Shown: in pieces, positions 36,739 through 47,066 of the stretch | How positions within the stretch are numbered: position 1 is the first letter of the stretch | Layout of the letters: each line of letters starts with the position of its first letter | DNA from: a virus | DNA: 64,000 nt | Strand: one strand, 5' to 3' | Virus record (IMG/VR): IMGVR_UViG_3300025655_000032 | Coordinates: 3,244 to 67,243 of that record | The notes under the pieces: model-generated | Databases searched by the model: none | What the model saw: the letters and a program-made list of their open reading frames with translations, nothing else | Told to the model about the DNA's origin: nothing | Position numbers and translations under genes: made by a program

Positions 36739-37476
36739 TTACTTCTTCCCACGCGCCGCGGCGCTGTCCACTGCCGTAGTGGTACCGGCGGGTGCATCTG
36801 ACTTGCGTGGTACCGCTTCAAGCATGCGCGCGGCGGTAGCGAGATTGTTCCAGTGCTCGACATAAGCCGGATTGGCACCGCCATAGGCAGCCTGCAGCTT
36901 CTGATAATTGCCCACCTCGATGGTGAAACGCGTAACGGCCTTAATGGGATGACCCACTGTAGTGACCATCTTCAAGATGTGGCCGGCCACCTGTTTGACA
37001 GCGGTCGCGGAAGCCTTCAGGAGGAAGATCTCCTCAGACTCGCCGAGGTCAGGGAACATAACGGCGAGCAGCAGCTGATCGCTGCAGGCCTTGCCGCGTC
37101 CGCCATCCAATGCGGAACCGAACTGGTTGTGCGGACAGGTGTTGCAAGACGGGTGCTGCAACTGCGGGGAGGCGTCATTCGGAACCAGATCGACGTCGGT
37201 CGTGCCGATAGCGAAGCACTTCGCCTCACTAAACTCGCCCTGACGATAAGGTTTGTCGTAGAACTGCTTGCGGTAGCGATAATCAACGATCACCATGTCC
37301 AGCTCGGCGCGCTGCTCACCCGAGGGGAGCAGAAACTGACCATTCTTCTGGACGCCGATGTAATTGCCGGAGACAGAGATGTTCTTTTTGATCGCGTCGG
37401 CCATAGCGGACAGCTGCGCGTCAATGTTGGCGACAGCAGTGTTCTTAGCCTCCGCAATAGCGGTGGATTCAGACAT
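36739..37476 (-). CDS. Putative ssDNA-binding / annealing protein with Cys motif
   Basis: C..CPHNQFGS…GKAC pattern common in phage replication modules. Confidence 0.55.
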   Translation of the reverse strand: MSESTAIAEAKNTAVANIDAQLSAMADAIKKNISVSGNYIGVQKNGQFLLPSGEQRAELDMVIVDYRYRKQFYDKPYRQGEFSEAKCFAIGTTDVDLVPNDASPQLQHPSCNTCPHNQFGSALDGGRGKACSDQLLLAVMFPDLGESEEIFLLKASATAVKQVAGHILKMVTTVGHPIKAVTRFTIEVGNYQKLQAAYGGANPAYVEHWNNLATAARMLEAVPRKSDAPAGTTTAVDSAAARGKK

Positions 37477-37495
37477 GATATAACTCCTGTATGAG

Positions 37496-37882
37496 TTAAG
37501 AAGTAGCGCGAAGACTGATCGTCTTCTTTTCGTAGGGCTCAACGCCCGGGACCGACTGACCGGCACGTGCGTCGAGCATGTCACGGTAAGCCGTGGCCGA
37601 AGGGCGCCGCTCTAACATGTAGAGTGCGTCTTCCTGCCTAATAAATTTGTAGAACTCGTCCCAATCGGTGACGGTGGGTACCACGCGAGTAGCCAGGCTA
37701 GCCGTGTAGGCGCCGTTGTTCAGGCGCTGTATACCCATCTTGGAGAGCAGCTCGATGAGCTCCAGTTCGACCTCGTCGCGAGAGGCTTTGAGCTCATCAG
37801 CTTCGGCGTTCTTCTTCTTGATGCGGTCTCGCAAGACCGCCAGGCGTTTTATCAATACGGCGGGGTTCTTAGTACGTGGCAT
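37496..37882 (-). CDS. Conserved phage replication-module protein
   Basis: Coiled coil plus V.DWDEFYKFI…LERR…VPGV. Confidence 0.6.
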   Translation of the reverse strand: MPRTKNPAVLIKRLAVLRDRIKKKNAEADELKASRDEVELELIELLSKMGIQRLNNGAYTASLATRVVPTVTDWDEFYKFIRQEDALYMLERRPSATAYRDMLDARAGQSVPGVEPYEKKTISLRATS

Positions 37883-37910
37883 TTTGGATCACCTTTATGT
37901 GATGAGGGTC

Positions 37911-37919
37911 ATTATAGCA
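37911..37919 (-). promoter_or_regulatory. Extended -10 promoter (TGCTATAAT)
   Basis: Reverse complement of ATTATAGCA, 8 nt upstream of the RBS hairpin of 37882. Confidence 0.55.
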
Positions 37920-37927
37920 AGATCTGA

Positions 37928-38149
37928 TCACACCACCAACTGCGAAGAGCGCAATTGCAATGCGCGGCAGAGCTGTGGGATATGTACCGCATCGGGTACA
38001 CGACGACCGGAGGCCCAGTTGTAGACCGTCGTGCGGTTTACTCCCACGCGCTTTGCCAACATAGGTTCGGTAATGTGCTTCTCGCGCATACGCTCGCGGA
38101 TACGCCGTGCGAGCGCCATGCGAGGTGTTTCGTTCTTTTTGAAAAACAT
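37928..38149 (-). CDS. XRE-family HTH transcriptional regulator
   Basis: LAKRVGVNRTTVYNWASGRRVP. Confidence 0.85.
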   Translation of the reverse strand: MFFKKNETPRMALARRIRERMREKHITEPMLAKRVGVNRTTVYNWASGRRVPDAVHIPQLCRALQLRSSQLVV

Positions 38150-38153
38150 AGTT

Positions 38154-38909
38154 TCAACGCTCCAGATAAGCGACGGTTTTAACGGTAGGGTCCCAGCAGG
38201 CGCGACAATCTCCGCACTCGTACCTGTCGTGCACGGGCGCGGGGCAAAAGTAGCGGGTCTTCGTACTTCGGGCGACGCGTAGGGCCCATATCGCCTTATA
38301 GATCCTGGGAAGGATCACAGAGGCGTTGTCGTACACATGCGGCCGGTAGCCGTTAATATGGGTAGCGGAGACACGCACTACCAGGTTATCTGGTAGTGCG
38401 CCAAACATGCGCACGATGCGCCGCTCTTGGGTAGGCAACCAGAAGTTGACATGAGGCAGCAGCTCGCACACATCGACGATGTCCTGCAGCATACGGCGGC
38501 TTTGCAGGTCACCGCTGTCAAACCAACGAAAATAGGGATCGTCGGCTTTAACAGCCTGGGCAATCTTGATCGCCATCTGCTCAACCCAATCAGGGTTGTG
38601 GCGCCAACGGTCAAGACGATGTTGGTAAGACTTGGCAACGTTAGGTATTAAATACCGCCCTTTGCATGCGTAGCACTTGCTGCAGGCGGTCCCGTCAATG
38701 CTCCGCAGCTTGCTGCCGGTAATACAGTCCTTCGCAGGTATACCCCAGGCGGGGCCGGGCATCTTCGAAGGCTTTGAAAGCGTACCGACATCACTATTTG
38801 CTGTAATTGCGGGCAAAACCCCCTTCAGCGTCAACCGGGAGATCGGGACAAAAACTGGGGGGTTCGCGCAGGCAGTCGATTCCAAATTGCAGAGCGTCAT
38901 CGGCGTCAT
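38154..38909 (-). CDS. GP88-family Cys-rich protein (start codon uncertain)
   Basis: LSKPSKMPG…C…C..CYA..GRY…FRWFDSGD…WLPT…C..CRACW. Confidence 0.75.
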   Translation of the reverse strand: MTPMTLCNLESTACANPPVFVPISRLTLKGVLPAITANSDVGTLSKPSKMPGPAWGIPAKDCITGSKLRSIDGTACSKCYACKGRYLIPNVAKSYQHRLDRWRHNPDWVEQMAIKIAQAVKADDPYFRWFDSGDLQSRRMLQDIVDVCELLPHVNFWLPTQERRIVRMFGALPDNLVVRVSATHINGYRPHVYDNASVILPRIYKAIWALRVARSTKTRYFCPAPVHDRYECGDCRACWDPTVKTVAYLER

Positions 38910-40653
38910 CCTCGTCGGCTAGGTACACGACCTCGTCGTGAACCAGTAAGACAACGTCTGGATAACGTTTGGCCAGCTCTAACGCTTGCATGGCCACGAC
39001 GGTACGTGCGGTAGATTGAATCAAATTTTCACAAAATTTCCCGCCGTAGATGTTGGTGACACCGTTGCGGGCTTTGTAACTGAAGTGTCTGCGCCCTTCG
39101 TCGTCTTGTTCGCTGTACAAGCCGTCAAAACGCATAAACAACTTGTTGGGGAGTAGTACATTTGATCCGTAAAATTCCCAAGGACCAAATTCAAAATGCT
39201 CCCCGTCTTCCATACGTGAAAGGGCACCTTCAAGATCATCCCAAAGGGCAGGGATGCCTTTGCGTTTGGTGCGATAGGTATTGACGGCCTTAATGGCTAA
39301 GGCGTCGGTAATGTCAATGGGAGGGCCCATCATGCCGGCGCGAACGGTGTAGGCAAACTTACGCCAACCCGCACCGTAACCCAGCATCAGCTCGGCTACT
39401 TTACCCAGTTGGCGCTCAGTTTTATGCTCGCGTTTGTTTACGGGGTAGCCGTAGATTTCTGAGGCCGTCTCAGCGTAGGGATCACCCCCTTCGCGGAAGG
39501 TACGCAACAACGACTCTTCACCAGCAGCCCAAGCGTTCGTACGAGCTTCAATCTGCGAGCTATCAACTACGACGATAACCTTGCCAGGAGGCGCGATAAT
39601 AGCTCGTCGTAGACGATCGCTCTGCCCGTTGCGACCGGATGGTAGATTCTGCATATTGATTTTGTCCCAAGCCGACCAGCGGTGCGTGTGGGCACCACAG
39701 TATTGGAGAGGGACTGGGAGAGTAGGTCTCCCGTGCGACAAAAAGCGATGCGCTCGTGTTTCATTGATCGTAGATTTCACGCGCTTGCGGGCCAAAATTA
39801 GATCGGCTACACGGGGGTCTTGCTCCAACTTCTGAAAGTCCAAGTCAGCCTTGGAGAAAGCGTATGTTCGTGCGCCTGTTGTCGGGCTGGTCTTAGTGGG
39901 AGGTGTTACGCCACGCGCCTCCAGCAGCTGTGCGAACTGCGGATTGGATAACAGCTGTGCGGCGGTAGCACCCGCGTGTGCGGCCAGCTTTGACTTAATC
40001 GCAGCCTCTTCAGAGGCCTCTTCGAGGCATAAGGCAGCGTCGATATGCAGCTTGGGGTCACAAAACGCACGTAGCGTCATATCGATAATGTGAAGCTCCT
40101 CGCGGGGATACTTCAGATCAATCAACGCACGGAAGATGTCGTCCATCAACTCGACGTCGCGGTTTGCGTACGGTATGAGCGCCTTCTCTAAGGCCCACGG
40201 GAGATTATAGATCCAGGCCGTCTTCTCCAGAGCGCCCTCAATCTTACGGCCCAGCTTCAACCGCTCACCAATCTGGCTCAAATTGTGCGGCTTGCCTACA
40301 CCCCACTCGCCGCGGCTCATCGACAGCGTATCGAGGTAGTACCCAGGCACGCGGTTGTACTTCTGGCTCAGGATGAAACCGTCAAACGCGGTGTTCTGGC
40401 ACAGCAGCGCTGTGTTGGGCCAGTCGATCTCGCTCAGCACGTCGTTGAGGTCGCAGCCGCTGACCCAAAAGATGTTGTCATCCCCCGGCATACGAACCGA
40501 CGCACCATGCACTTTGAACTTCGGGCTTCGCACGTACTCCGTCGTGCTCATCTTGCTGAGCGTGATCTTTGCGCCACGCCCCATCTCGTAGTACGTCTCC
40601 GCATCAAAGGAAAAAACGGGTAGCGTACGTCCGTGCAGATCGACGATCTCCAT
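38794..40653 (-). CDS. Family A DNA polymerase with 3'-5' exonuclease domain
   Basis: DAET (ExoI), NTAFD, Y…D; DSSQIEAR (motif A), R..GK…L..GYG (B), VHDE (C). Confidence 0.88.
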   Translation of the reverse strand: MEIVDLHGRTLPVFSFDAETYYEMGRGAKITLSKMSTTEYVRSPKFKVHGASVRMPGDDNIFWVSGCDLNDVLSEIDWPNTALLCQNTAFDGFILSQKYNRVPGYYLDTLSMSRGEWGVGKPHNLSQIGERLKLGRKIEGALEKTAWIYNLPWALEKALIPYANRDVELMDDIFRALIDLKYPREELHIIDMTLRAFCDPKLHIDAALCLEEASEEAAIKSKLAAHAGATAAQLLSNPQFAQLLEARGVTPPTKTSPTTGARTYAFSKADLDFQKLEQDPRVADLILARKRVKSTINETRAHRFLSHGRPTLPVPLQYCGAHTHRWSAWDKINMQNLPSGRNGQSDRLRRAIIAPPGKVIVVVDSSQIEARTNAWAAGEESLLRTFREGGDPYAETASEIYGYPVNKREHKTERQLGKVAELMLGYGAGWRKFAYTVRAGMMGPPIDITDALAIKAVNTYRTKRKGIPALWDDLEGALSRMEDGEHFEFGPWEFYGSNVLLPNKLFMRFDGLYSEQDDEGRRHFSYKARNGVTNIYGGKFCENLIQSTARTVVAMQALELAKRYPDVVLLVHDEVVYLADEDDADDALQFGIDCLREPPSFCPDLPVDAEGGFARNYSK

Positions 40654-40811
40654 ACCGTCACCCCGCAACGACAGTGTGCTCGTCCTGACGGCCGAATACT
40701 TCGGCCCTATACTCTGCGGAGAACAGCAGGCGAATGGCGTTAATCAGTGCGATGACACCTCTGTGTAGCACTTCAAGAATCAACGCAGCGGTGGAGAGAT
40801 GTTGTAGAATT

Positions 40812-42257
40812 TTAAGTACGGACATTGCGGCGCTCCTTGAGTAGATCGAGCATCGACACCATGCGCGTGTACTTCGCGCTAAGCGCCTCGTACACCAGCT
40901 CGTCGACGGTGCCCTCTGCGGCAATCATTATGTTCTCAGTCTTGTGTGTCTGGCCCCCGCGATACACACGATGTACACCCTGCTTCATAAAGTCAGGCTC
41001 GTACCGCGGAGAGGCCCAGATCGTAGTGCGCCCACGCGTCAGCGTCAGACCGTGGGCTCCGGTTTGTGGGTGGAGGAGAACAGCGCGGAGATCTCCCGCT
41101 TGAAACGCATCAACGATTCGCGCTCTTTCTTTGTTAGGAACAGACCCATCAATAATTTCATGGCTCAAACCTCGTTTGGTAAGTGCTTTGTGGAGCTCAT
41201 CGCGTTGATGTGCCCAGTTGAAGAACACCACGGAAGCGTCACGCTCTTCCACCAGGTCCGCGACAAGTTCGTAGCGACCAGTGTCAAGGACATGTACTTT
41301 CCCGCCCTCGCCGTAGACAGCGCCAGACGCCACCTGAAGCAACTTATTGCGTAGGACCGCAGCATTGACTGCGGATACGTCACCTTTCGAAAATTCAAGA
41401 AAGGCGTTTTCTTCAAGTTCTTCATAGACAGCCAGCGTCTTCGCAGACGGGGTGAAGGATAGAGTTCGGGAGTAGTTTTCAGGTACATCCATCACCTCAT
41501 CAAATTGGTGGCGTATCGTAATATCACGCAGCATAAAGGAAACAACTTCCTCTATACCCTCTTTATCGCGCCACTGCGTGAAACGACCCCGCCGCACGTC
41601 GACTTGTGTGCTATTGCGAAAGGCGGTGAAGCTCGTACCCAGTCGCGCGCCTCTATCCAGCAGCATGACTTGATGCCAAATGTTGGTGATCGACGATGTA
41701 ATAGGCGTTCCAGTCAACGCTGTGCGGTACTTAAAATATTTGCTCACACTTTTGGCGGCGCGAGAACGCTGTGATGTGTGGTGTTTGAAGGCCGTACTCT
41801 CGTCGATGACGAGCGAAGCGTTAGCAGGAAAATGCCGTTTCCACCAACCGGGGGTCTGCTTGTTTAGCCATTTCACACCGTCGGTGTTGATCAGATAGAT
41901 CGGCACGTCCTCTTCGAAGGCGTCAGCGCGGTTTTCAGCAAACGCCGGTGAAACAGGTAGGGTAGGTGTGAACTTACGAACGTCAGCCACCCAAGCGGGC
42001 AGCATCAACGATTTAGGGCAAACAACAAGCAGCTTCTCGCTAATACCGGCTGACAAACGCTCCGCAAAGACGTCCAAGTGGCCACGGGTTTTACCAGTGC
42101 CGGGGTCCGACGTATCGAATACCACCGCGTTATCACGAGAGAACTCAAGCGTTTGTTGCTGGTGCGCCCAGCGCTTCGGTATCCCCTGGGATAGCTCGAT
42201 AGTGAGTCGCTCTTTGGCGGTATCCAAAGAGTTTTGAGCAGCCACCAGCGTTGACAC
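40812..42257 (-). CDS. SNF2-like superfamily 2 helicase
   Basis: GTGKT, IDEST, LTGTP, HGLTLT, RVYRGGQ; AGGAGG RBS before GTG 42257. Confidence 0.88.
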   Translation of the reverse strand: MSTLVAAQNSLDTAKERLTIELSQGIPKRWAHQQQTLEFSRDNAVVFDTSDPGTGKTRGHLDVFAERLSAGISEKLLVVCPKSLMLPAWVADVRKFTPTLPVSPAFAENRADAFEEDVPIYLINTDGVKWLNKQTPGWWKRHFPANASLVIDESTAFKHHTSQRSRAAKSVSKYFKYRTALTGTPITSSITNIWHQVMLLDRGARLGTSFTAFRNSTQVDVRRGRFTQWRDKEGIEEVVSFMLRDITIRHQFDEVMDVPENYSRTLSFTPSAKTLAVYEELEENAFLEFSKGDVSAVNAAVLRNKLLQVASGAVYGEGGKVHVLDTGRYELVADLVEERDASVVFFNWAHQRDELHKALTKRGLSHEIIDGSVPNKERARIVDAFQAGDLRAVLLHPQTGAHGLTLTRGRTTIWASPRYEPDFMKQGVHRVYRGGQTHKTENIMIAAEGTVDELVYEALSAKYTRMVSMLDLLKERRNVRT

Positions 42258-42499
42258 GGAGCTCCTCCTTGTGGCGATAGCCGCAAACAATGAAATGGGA
42301 TGGGTAAATAGCTAAAACCTTAGCTAACCAGGGACGTTCGCGCCGATCATCCGTGGGCTGATAGCACCAGACGTATTGAACGGGCATAACACCCCCCTAC
42401 GGCAGCAACCAGTGTAGCGCCGCGATGATTAAAACAAGGAGAACGCCGAGTAGCAGCGGTGCAAACAGCAGCAGCAGAACGGACCGCATGATGTGTCAC

Positions 42500-42784
42500 T
42501 CAATCATGAAACTCGCCGGGCTCTGCCATACTCACGCGACGTTGAAGCATATTGAGTGCGTCCTCTTTGGCCTCCAAACGTTGCAATTCGCGATTGGCGA
42601 ACCAGATGATCTTATTCAAATCACGCGTGGCGTCGGAGTGACTGCATGTACCCATGCGATAAGCGGCTTTGAATATATTACCGAGCGCGAAATTCATCTC
42701 CCGGTGTTCAATCAGATCCTGCAATTCGGTGCAGTGAGGTGGAAGGGCGTATTGGTGAGGTGTTGAGCCACCGGGGGTATTCAT
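42500..42784 (-). CDS. DUF3310-like protein
   Basis: F.LGNIFKA.YR…RDLNKIIWF. Confidence 0.6.
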   Translation of the reverse strand: MNTPGGSTPHQYALPPHCTELQDLIEHREMNFALGNIFKAAYRMGTCSHSDATRDLNKIIWFANRELQRLEAKEDALNMLQRRVSMAEPGEFHD

Positions 42785-43068
42785 TCGTATAAAATCCTAT
42801 CAATGTCGGCCTCTTCGGCCTCGTCTATAAGGCGGGGTACGTGATAGTGACGTCGCACTTCATAACCTCGACGTTCAGCCCAGGCGTAAATCTGCTCAGC
42901 ACTGACTTTCTGCCCGCCGGGCGAACGCCAGTGGTGTCGGTCTACGCGCGTCGCGCCAAGGGCGCAGGGGGCGACAACCGTCTCCCACGGCAAAAAATAG
43001 TAAGGTCCTACGAGTAAACACTCGTAGGGTTCTGAACCAGTACGACTGTTTACTCGCGGTCGTGGCAT
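42781..43068 (-). CDS. Hypothetical protein
   Basis: In-operon ORF overlapping the next start. Confidence 0.5.
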   Translation of the reverse strand: MPRPRVNSRTGSEPYECLLVGPYYFLPWETVVAPCALGATRVDRHHWRSPGGQKVSAEQIYAWAERRGYEVRRHYHVPRLIDEAEEADIDRILYE

Positions 43069-43071
43069 GTA

Positions 43072-43488
43072 TCACACTCCAGTGGAGCCGAAGCCCTTAT
43101 CACCCCGGGCTGTATCGCCGAGTGTCTCGACAACACGGACGGTGTGGTACTCAATAGGGACGATCAACAGCTGTGCGATGCGGGCACCGGCGCTCAACAC
43201 ATGGGCTTCTTGTGTGTTGTTGTTTACAACCAGTTTGATAGGCCCACGGTAGTCCTCATCAATAACGCCGGCGCTAACAGTAATACCGATCTTTGCGAAC
43301 GAAGAGCGCTCTTTGATCAACCCTACGGTATTAGCAGGTAGCCGAATTGCGACGTCGGTGGAAAGTACAACGGGGGAGCCTGGGTAGATCCAACCGCCTT
43401 CAGAGATAACCAGGTCTAGTCCGGCGGACAGTAGAGTGCCGCGTTTAGGAACGATGGCGTTATCAGATAACAATTTGACGTCTAGCAT
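43072..43488 (-). CDS. dut: dUTPase (trimeric)
   Basis: AGLDL, RSS, GVIDEDYRG, RIAQL, RGDKGFGSTG. Confidence 0.95.
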   Translation of the reverse strand: MLDVKLLSDNAIVPKRGTLLSAGLDLVISEGGWIYPGSPVVLSTDVAIRLPANTVGLIKERSSFAKIGITVSAGVIDEDYRGPIKLVVNNNTQEAHVLSAGARIAQLLIVPIEYHTVRVVETLGDTARGDKGFGSTGV

Positions 43489-43497
43489 TAGAGCCGC

Positions 43498-44277
43498 TCA
43501 ATTAGGGTTAAGGTCGCAGTGGGCGGTGCCGTCGACACCCTTTACGATCTGACCTGTTTTATAGGGGCAGAAACGACAGTGGGAGAGTGAGGGCTTCGGG
43601 GGAAACTCTTGTGCGCCGGTTACAGCCAGTAAACGGTTGTTGAGACGTGGAAAGAAGCGCATCGCGTGTTGGCGGTCTATTTCCAGCTCAGAGGTCTCGT
43701 TGGCGTCAATGTAAATCATGCGAGAGACGACGCTCTCGACGTCCGGATAACGGAAGAACGTGGCAATAGCGTAGGTCAGCAGCTGGTCGGCGTGTTTAAC
43801 TTCGTTACCATTCTTCTTTCCAGATTTCCAATCGACGAAAACCGCCTCGTCTTCGCTCTTGTGGTAGAGTGCGTCGAGCTTGACGATGAACCAGATCTTG
43901 TCCCATTCGCGATCACCGCACGTCTGCCAGTCATCGGTGAAATTCCAACGCTCTTCAATCTCAACCTGCGCCGGCGTATCGACGTGCCATTTACGGAAAT
44001 CTTCAATGAACGTATCGCGATGATGCTTGACCTCAGGATCAAGTTCGTCGGTCACACCTTGGATGTAATCCTCGATGCTTTTATGCAAGCGAGAACCACG
44101 ATCTAGTGGCGATTCGCCAGGGCGGTCAGGCTCGGGGACCTTATAGATCGCACTTAGGGCTGCGCGCCTCGGGCATTGCTCGAACAGCTGCAAACGACTG
44201 AGGCTGACAGTCTTGATCGACGGTACAGAACCGTCTTCGAGGGTAGGCGGCGTGAACCACCGTATGGGTTTATCCAT
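43498..44277 (-). CDS. PD-(D/E)XK (Cas4/RecB-like) exonuclease
   Basis: S.SRL..FEQCP, G..LH, KLD…VDWKSGK, QL..YA, C.FCPY. Confidence 0.85.
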   Translation of the reverse strand: MDKPIRWFTPPTLEDGSVPSIKTVSLSRLQLFEQCPRRAALSAIYKVPEPDRPGESPLDRGSRLHKSIEDYIQGVTDELDPEVKHHRDTFIEDFRKWHVDTPAQVEIEERWNFTDDWQTCGDREWDKIWFIVKLDALYHKSEDEAVFVDWKSGKKNGNEVKHADQLLTYAIATFFRYPDVESVVSRMIYIDANETSELEIDRQHAMRFFPRLNNRLLAVTGAQEFPPKPSLSHCRFCPYKTGQIVKGVDGTAHCDLNPN

Positions 44278-44389
44278 GACTCGTACCTTTATGTACGCGG
44301 CTTACGAAGTATTCTATTAAAAAACAGTCATTTGATCAACAAAAAATGAACGTTTTTCTGACGTTTTTGACTAGACTTATGCATAGAAT

Positions 44390-44466
44390 TGGCCACGGGC
44401 AGCGGGATTCGAACCCGCGTCATCGGAGGATCAGTCCGAGGGCTGCCAGACTTGCCTATACCCGTG
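44390..44466 (-). tRNA. Non-canonical tRNA-like gene, anticodon GAT (nominally Ile), 8-bp acceptor stem
   Basis: CACGGGTA-TA-GGC-AAGTCTGGCA-GCC-C-TCGGA-CTGATCC-TCCGA-TGAC-GCGGG-TTCGAAT-CCCGC-TGCCCGTG-G-CCA. Confidence 0.75.
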
Positions 44467-44493
44467 ATTTTCTTTCATTCGAATTTCTAATCT

Positions 44494-44604
44494 CTAGTGA
44501 AGTACGGGTCGTCTTTCAACATCTGTGAAATGCGTTTGGCGCACTCTCAACGTCCACCAGCTAGATCCATGCTTACCGCAATTCGTACAAGAGCGGGTGC
44601 TCAT
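44494..44604 (-). CDS. 36-aa peptide with CxxC (below ORF-track cutoff)
   Basis: GGAGGTGACC-ATG; MSTRSCTNCGKHGSSWWTLRVRQTHFTDVERRPVLH. Confidence 0.4.
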   Translation of the reverse strand: MSTRSCTNCGKHGSSWWTLRVRQTHFTDVERRPVLH

Positions 44605-44858
44605 GGTCACCTCCAAAATAAGGCGCGTGTCGAGGCGGGATCATAACGATAAGCTCCCCCGTGACTCAACTAACGGACCGCGCAATCCGGCCTCTTAGCG
44701 TAGGCGTTGCAGCTTTGTTGCAAGGGACCAATCTTGCTATTTTCACCGGGCGCCACCCGGCTATCGTTGGTCAGACGAAATTCTGTCAATACTTACTAGT
44801 CAAGCTAATCAACGATACTGCCAATCGGTATAAGAAGAATACGGATCGGCTCCGCACC

Positions 44859-46310
44859 CTATTGCGTAAAAAACAGTTCGTGGCCGTTAAATTCCTGGGT
44901 ATTGTCCAGGATATCAGTGATTAGTTTCCCCGCTTTGTCGGGCTTTGTCGCTCGCAGCTTCAGGCTGAAAGCAATAGCATAGAGCTTTTCCGCTTCGGTG
45001 GCGGATAATACGTAGAAATAGGCGTGGGAATTTCCCAAAGGGTTCATCATAGTACTTACTCCACAAATGTTTAGACTTGCTTTCCAACGAACCATTTACT
45101 TTTCCCGCCAGCTCAAACAACCGGTATACTTCTCATTTGTGCAATTTCCTCAACCGCCGATTCCATTCCAGTACATCTTTCGCTTTTGGATCGTAGTGGC
45201 CAGCGAAAAACGGCTGTTCCCTTATGATCTCAATGGCCCAGTCCTTCCGCGTTGTCACACGGTATTGATCCGGTACGATATACATCACGGTATTGTGTTC
45301 CGGCGTGTAGGTACCGCAATCCAGGCAATTAGCCGTGTTACTCATCGTCTGCCATCCCATGTTTGATGATCGCCGCGCCATAAGCCGCGCACTCACACAT
45401 CGAGTACAGCAACAAGGCCAAATTCGAGGTCGGGATGCTGTCTGCGGATTGCGTTCAGGTATCCATCGGCCTCGTCATATTTGTCACCTGCGAATTCAAG
45501 TGTATATTCCTTCTTCTCTATGCACAGCACTAAGTAGCCAAGAACGGTTAGGTTTATCTTAGTCACGGAAATACGGTCTCATCTTGGAACACCATCCTTG
45601 TCGAACCAGTTTTCAGCGCCAGGATTCTCCCGCTCGAATTCTTGCCACTGACGTAATGACATGCTCTCGCGAAGCACCTGGAGCCGTGCTTTGGTTCGGC
45701 ACAATGCGTAGCCCAGTTCCTCCACACTTCTAACAGCATCAGCGCCCATGCGACAGGCAGGTTTTAGCTGCGGCCACTCAACAACCTGCCCGGAAATACC
45801 GCCGCTCCCGGCTTGCTCAAGGAAGGCGAGCAGGTTGTTATTCATGTCGGCTCGCCCAACTCATCGAACCATTGCCCGGCTTCCGGATGCTCTCGTACAA
45901 ACTCATGCCAAACCTTAATGGGCAACCAGTCAGCGAGCATTTTCAACCTGTCAACTTGGCGAATATTGGCGCGGCGCAACTCGTCCAATTCCGCCTCGGC
46001 AACAACGTGGCCGTCTACGCAGTCATCGAGATCAAGGTAGGAACTCATGTCTCCCCCTCTAGGGCGATAAGGTCATATTTTGAGCAGTCGGGGCACCTAA
46101 TAGTAACATCGATACCTAAACGTTTATGACGGCAAGGAGGTCGAAGTCCAGCTCGGGGTACTGACGGCGCATGGCGTCTAAATAACTATTCGCTGCGTCG
46201 TAATACTCTTTACCAAAGTATTGGAGGGTTATCGGACCTTGGCTGCAGACCACTCTGTAGCTGAGAACGGGCAGTTCTTCCAGGAGGGATATAGAGGCCT
46301 TTTTCATCAC
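44859..46310 (-). CDS. Cluster of small hypothetical genes (44859-45050, 45133-45396, 45579-45845, 45842-46048, 46116-46310)
   Basis: Short, co-oriented, several with overlapping stop/start codons. Confidence 0.45.
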
Positions 46311-46714
46311 GCATATACCGCGTAGGGTTCCACAACGGACTCGAAGCCGTCATACTCCTTAATGATGAAATCGGTCCCGTCGGGGATCTCCACCACTTGC
46401 AGATCCGCGCAGCTGCCGCTGGCTTTCGTACCAAGCGTCTCCACCGCCTGTATCAGCGCGGGGTCAGAACGGCAATCGACGGTGAATTCGTCGAGGTAGT
46501 AAACGAACCCGTCTTTATAGACGCACCCACCCCAACGATCCGCCTGTAAAAACCCATCGCGAAGCGCTTTGAAATTTTCGGAGTTATAAGGTTTGTGAAA
46601 ATACTCCGCAGCGGGTTTCTTTTGTACAAAAGGGCTGTTTTGTTCAATAAGAAGAAGGGTCGCCTCGTCCGATATGCCAAACCCGCCGTAGCATTTATTG
46701 ATAACCAGTTTCAT
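46307..46714 (-). CDS. Conserved phage hypothetical protein
   Basis: MK.VINKCYGGFG.S…R.DP.LIQAVE.LG..ASG…L.VVEIPD…I.EYDG.E pattern. Confidence 0.75.
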   Translation of the reverse strand: MKLVINKCYGGFGISDEATLLLIEQNSPFVQKKPAAEYFHKPYNSENFKALRDGFLQADRWGGCVYKDGFVYYLDEFTVDCRSDPALIQAVETLGTKASGSCADLQVVEIPDGTDFIIKEYDGFESVVEPYAVYA

Positions 46715-46776
46715 TAAACAGCTCCTCTTTTATGAGTAGTCGGGGTTTGGGTCAGGTACCCCGTAACCTGTTGGAG

Positions 46777-46971
46777 CTAATCGTCTTCAGAATAGGCCTC
46801 GAGGGGTTCCCAGAGGCAGTTCGGATGGTCGACTAGCCACCAGTCCGTGCATTGTTCGACGAGGTTGACCTCATCCCAACCGTAGGTCATACAGACAACC
46901 TCTTCAGCGCTACCTGACTGAAAACCGATGAGAAACCAAATGATAATGAACGACCAGAGCGCTGCGCGCAT
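46777..46971 (-). CDS. Small secreted hypothetical protein
   Basis: Signal-peptide-like MRAALWSFIIIWFLIG; RBS in variant hairpin. Confidence 0.55.
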   Translation of the reverse strand: MRAALWSFIIIWFLIGFQSGSAEEVVCMTYGWDEVNLVEQCTDWWLVDHPNCLWEPLEAYSEDD

Positions 46972-47066
46972 GATGGGGTACTCCTTTGTGAGTAAAGTAA
47001 ACCCCATACTCCTTTGGTGTATGGGGACATACCCCATTATCGCATATTAGCGATTACTTATAAACC

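Noticed and set aside
43498-44277. Cas4 as part of a CRISPR system
   Set aside because: No array or other cas genes; standalone PD-(D/E)XK exonucleases are common in phage replication modules.
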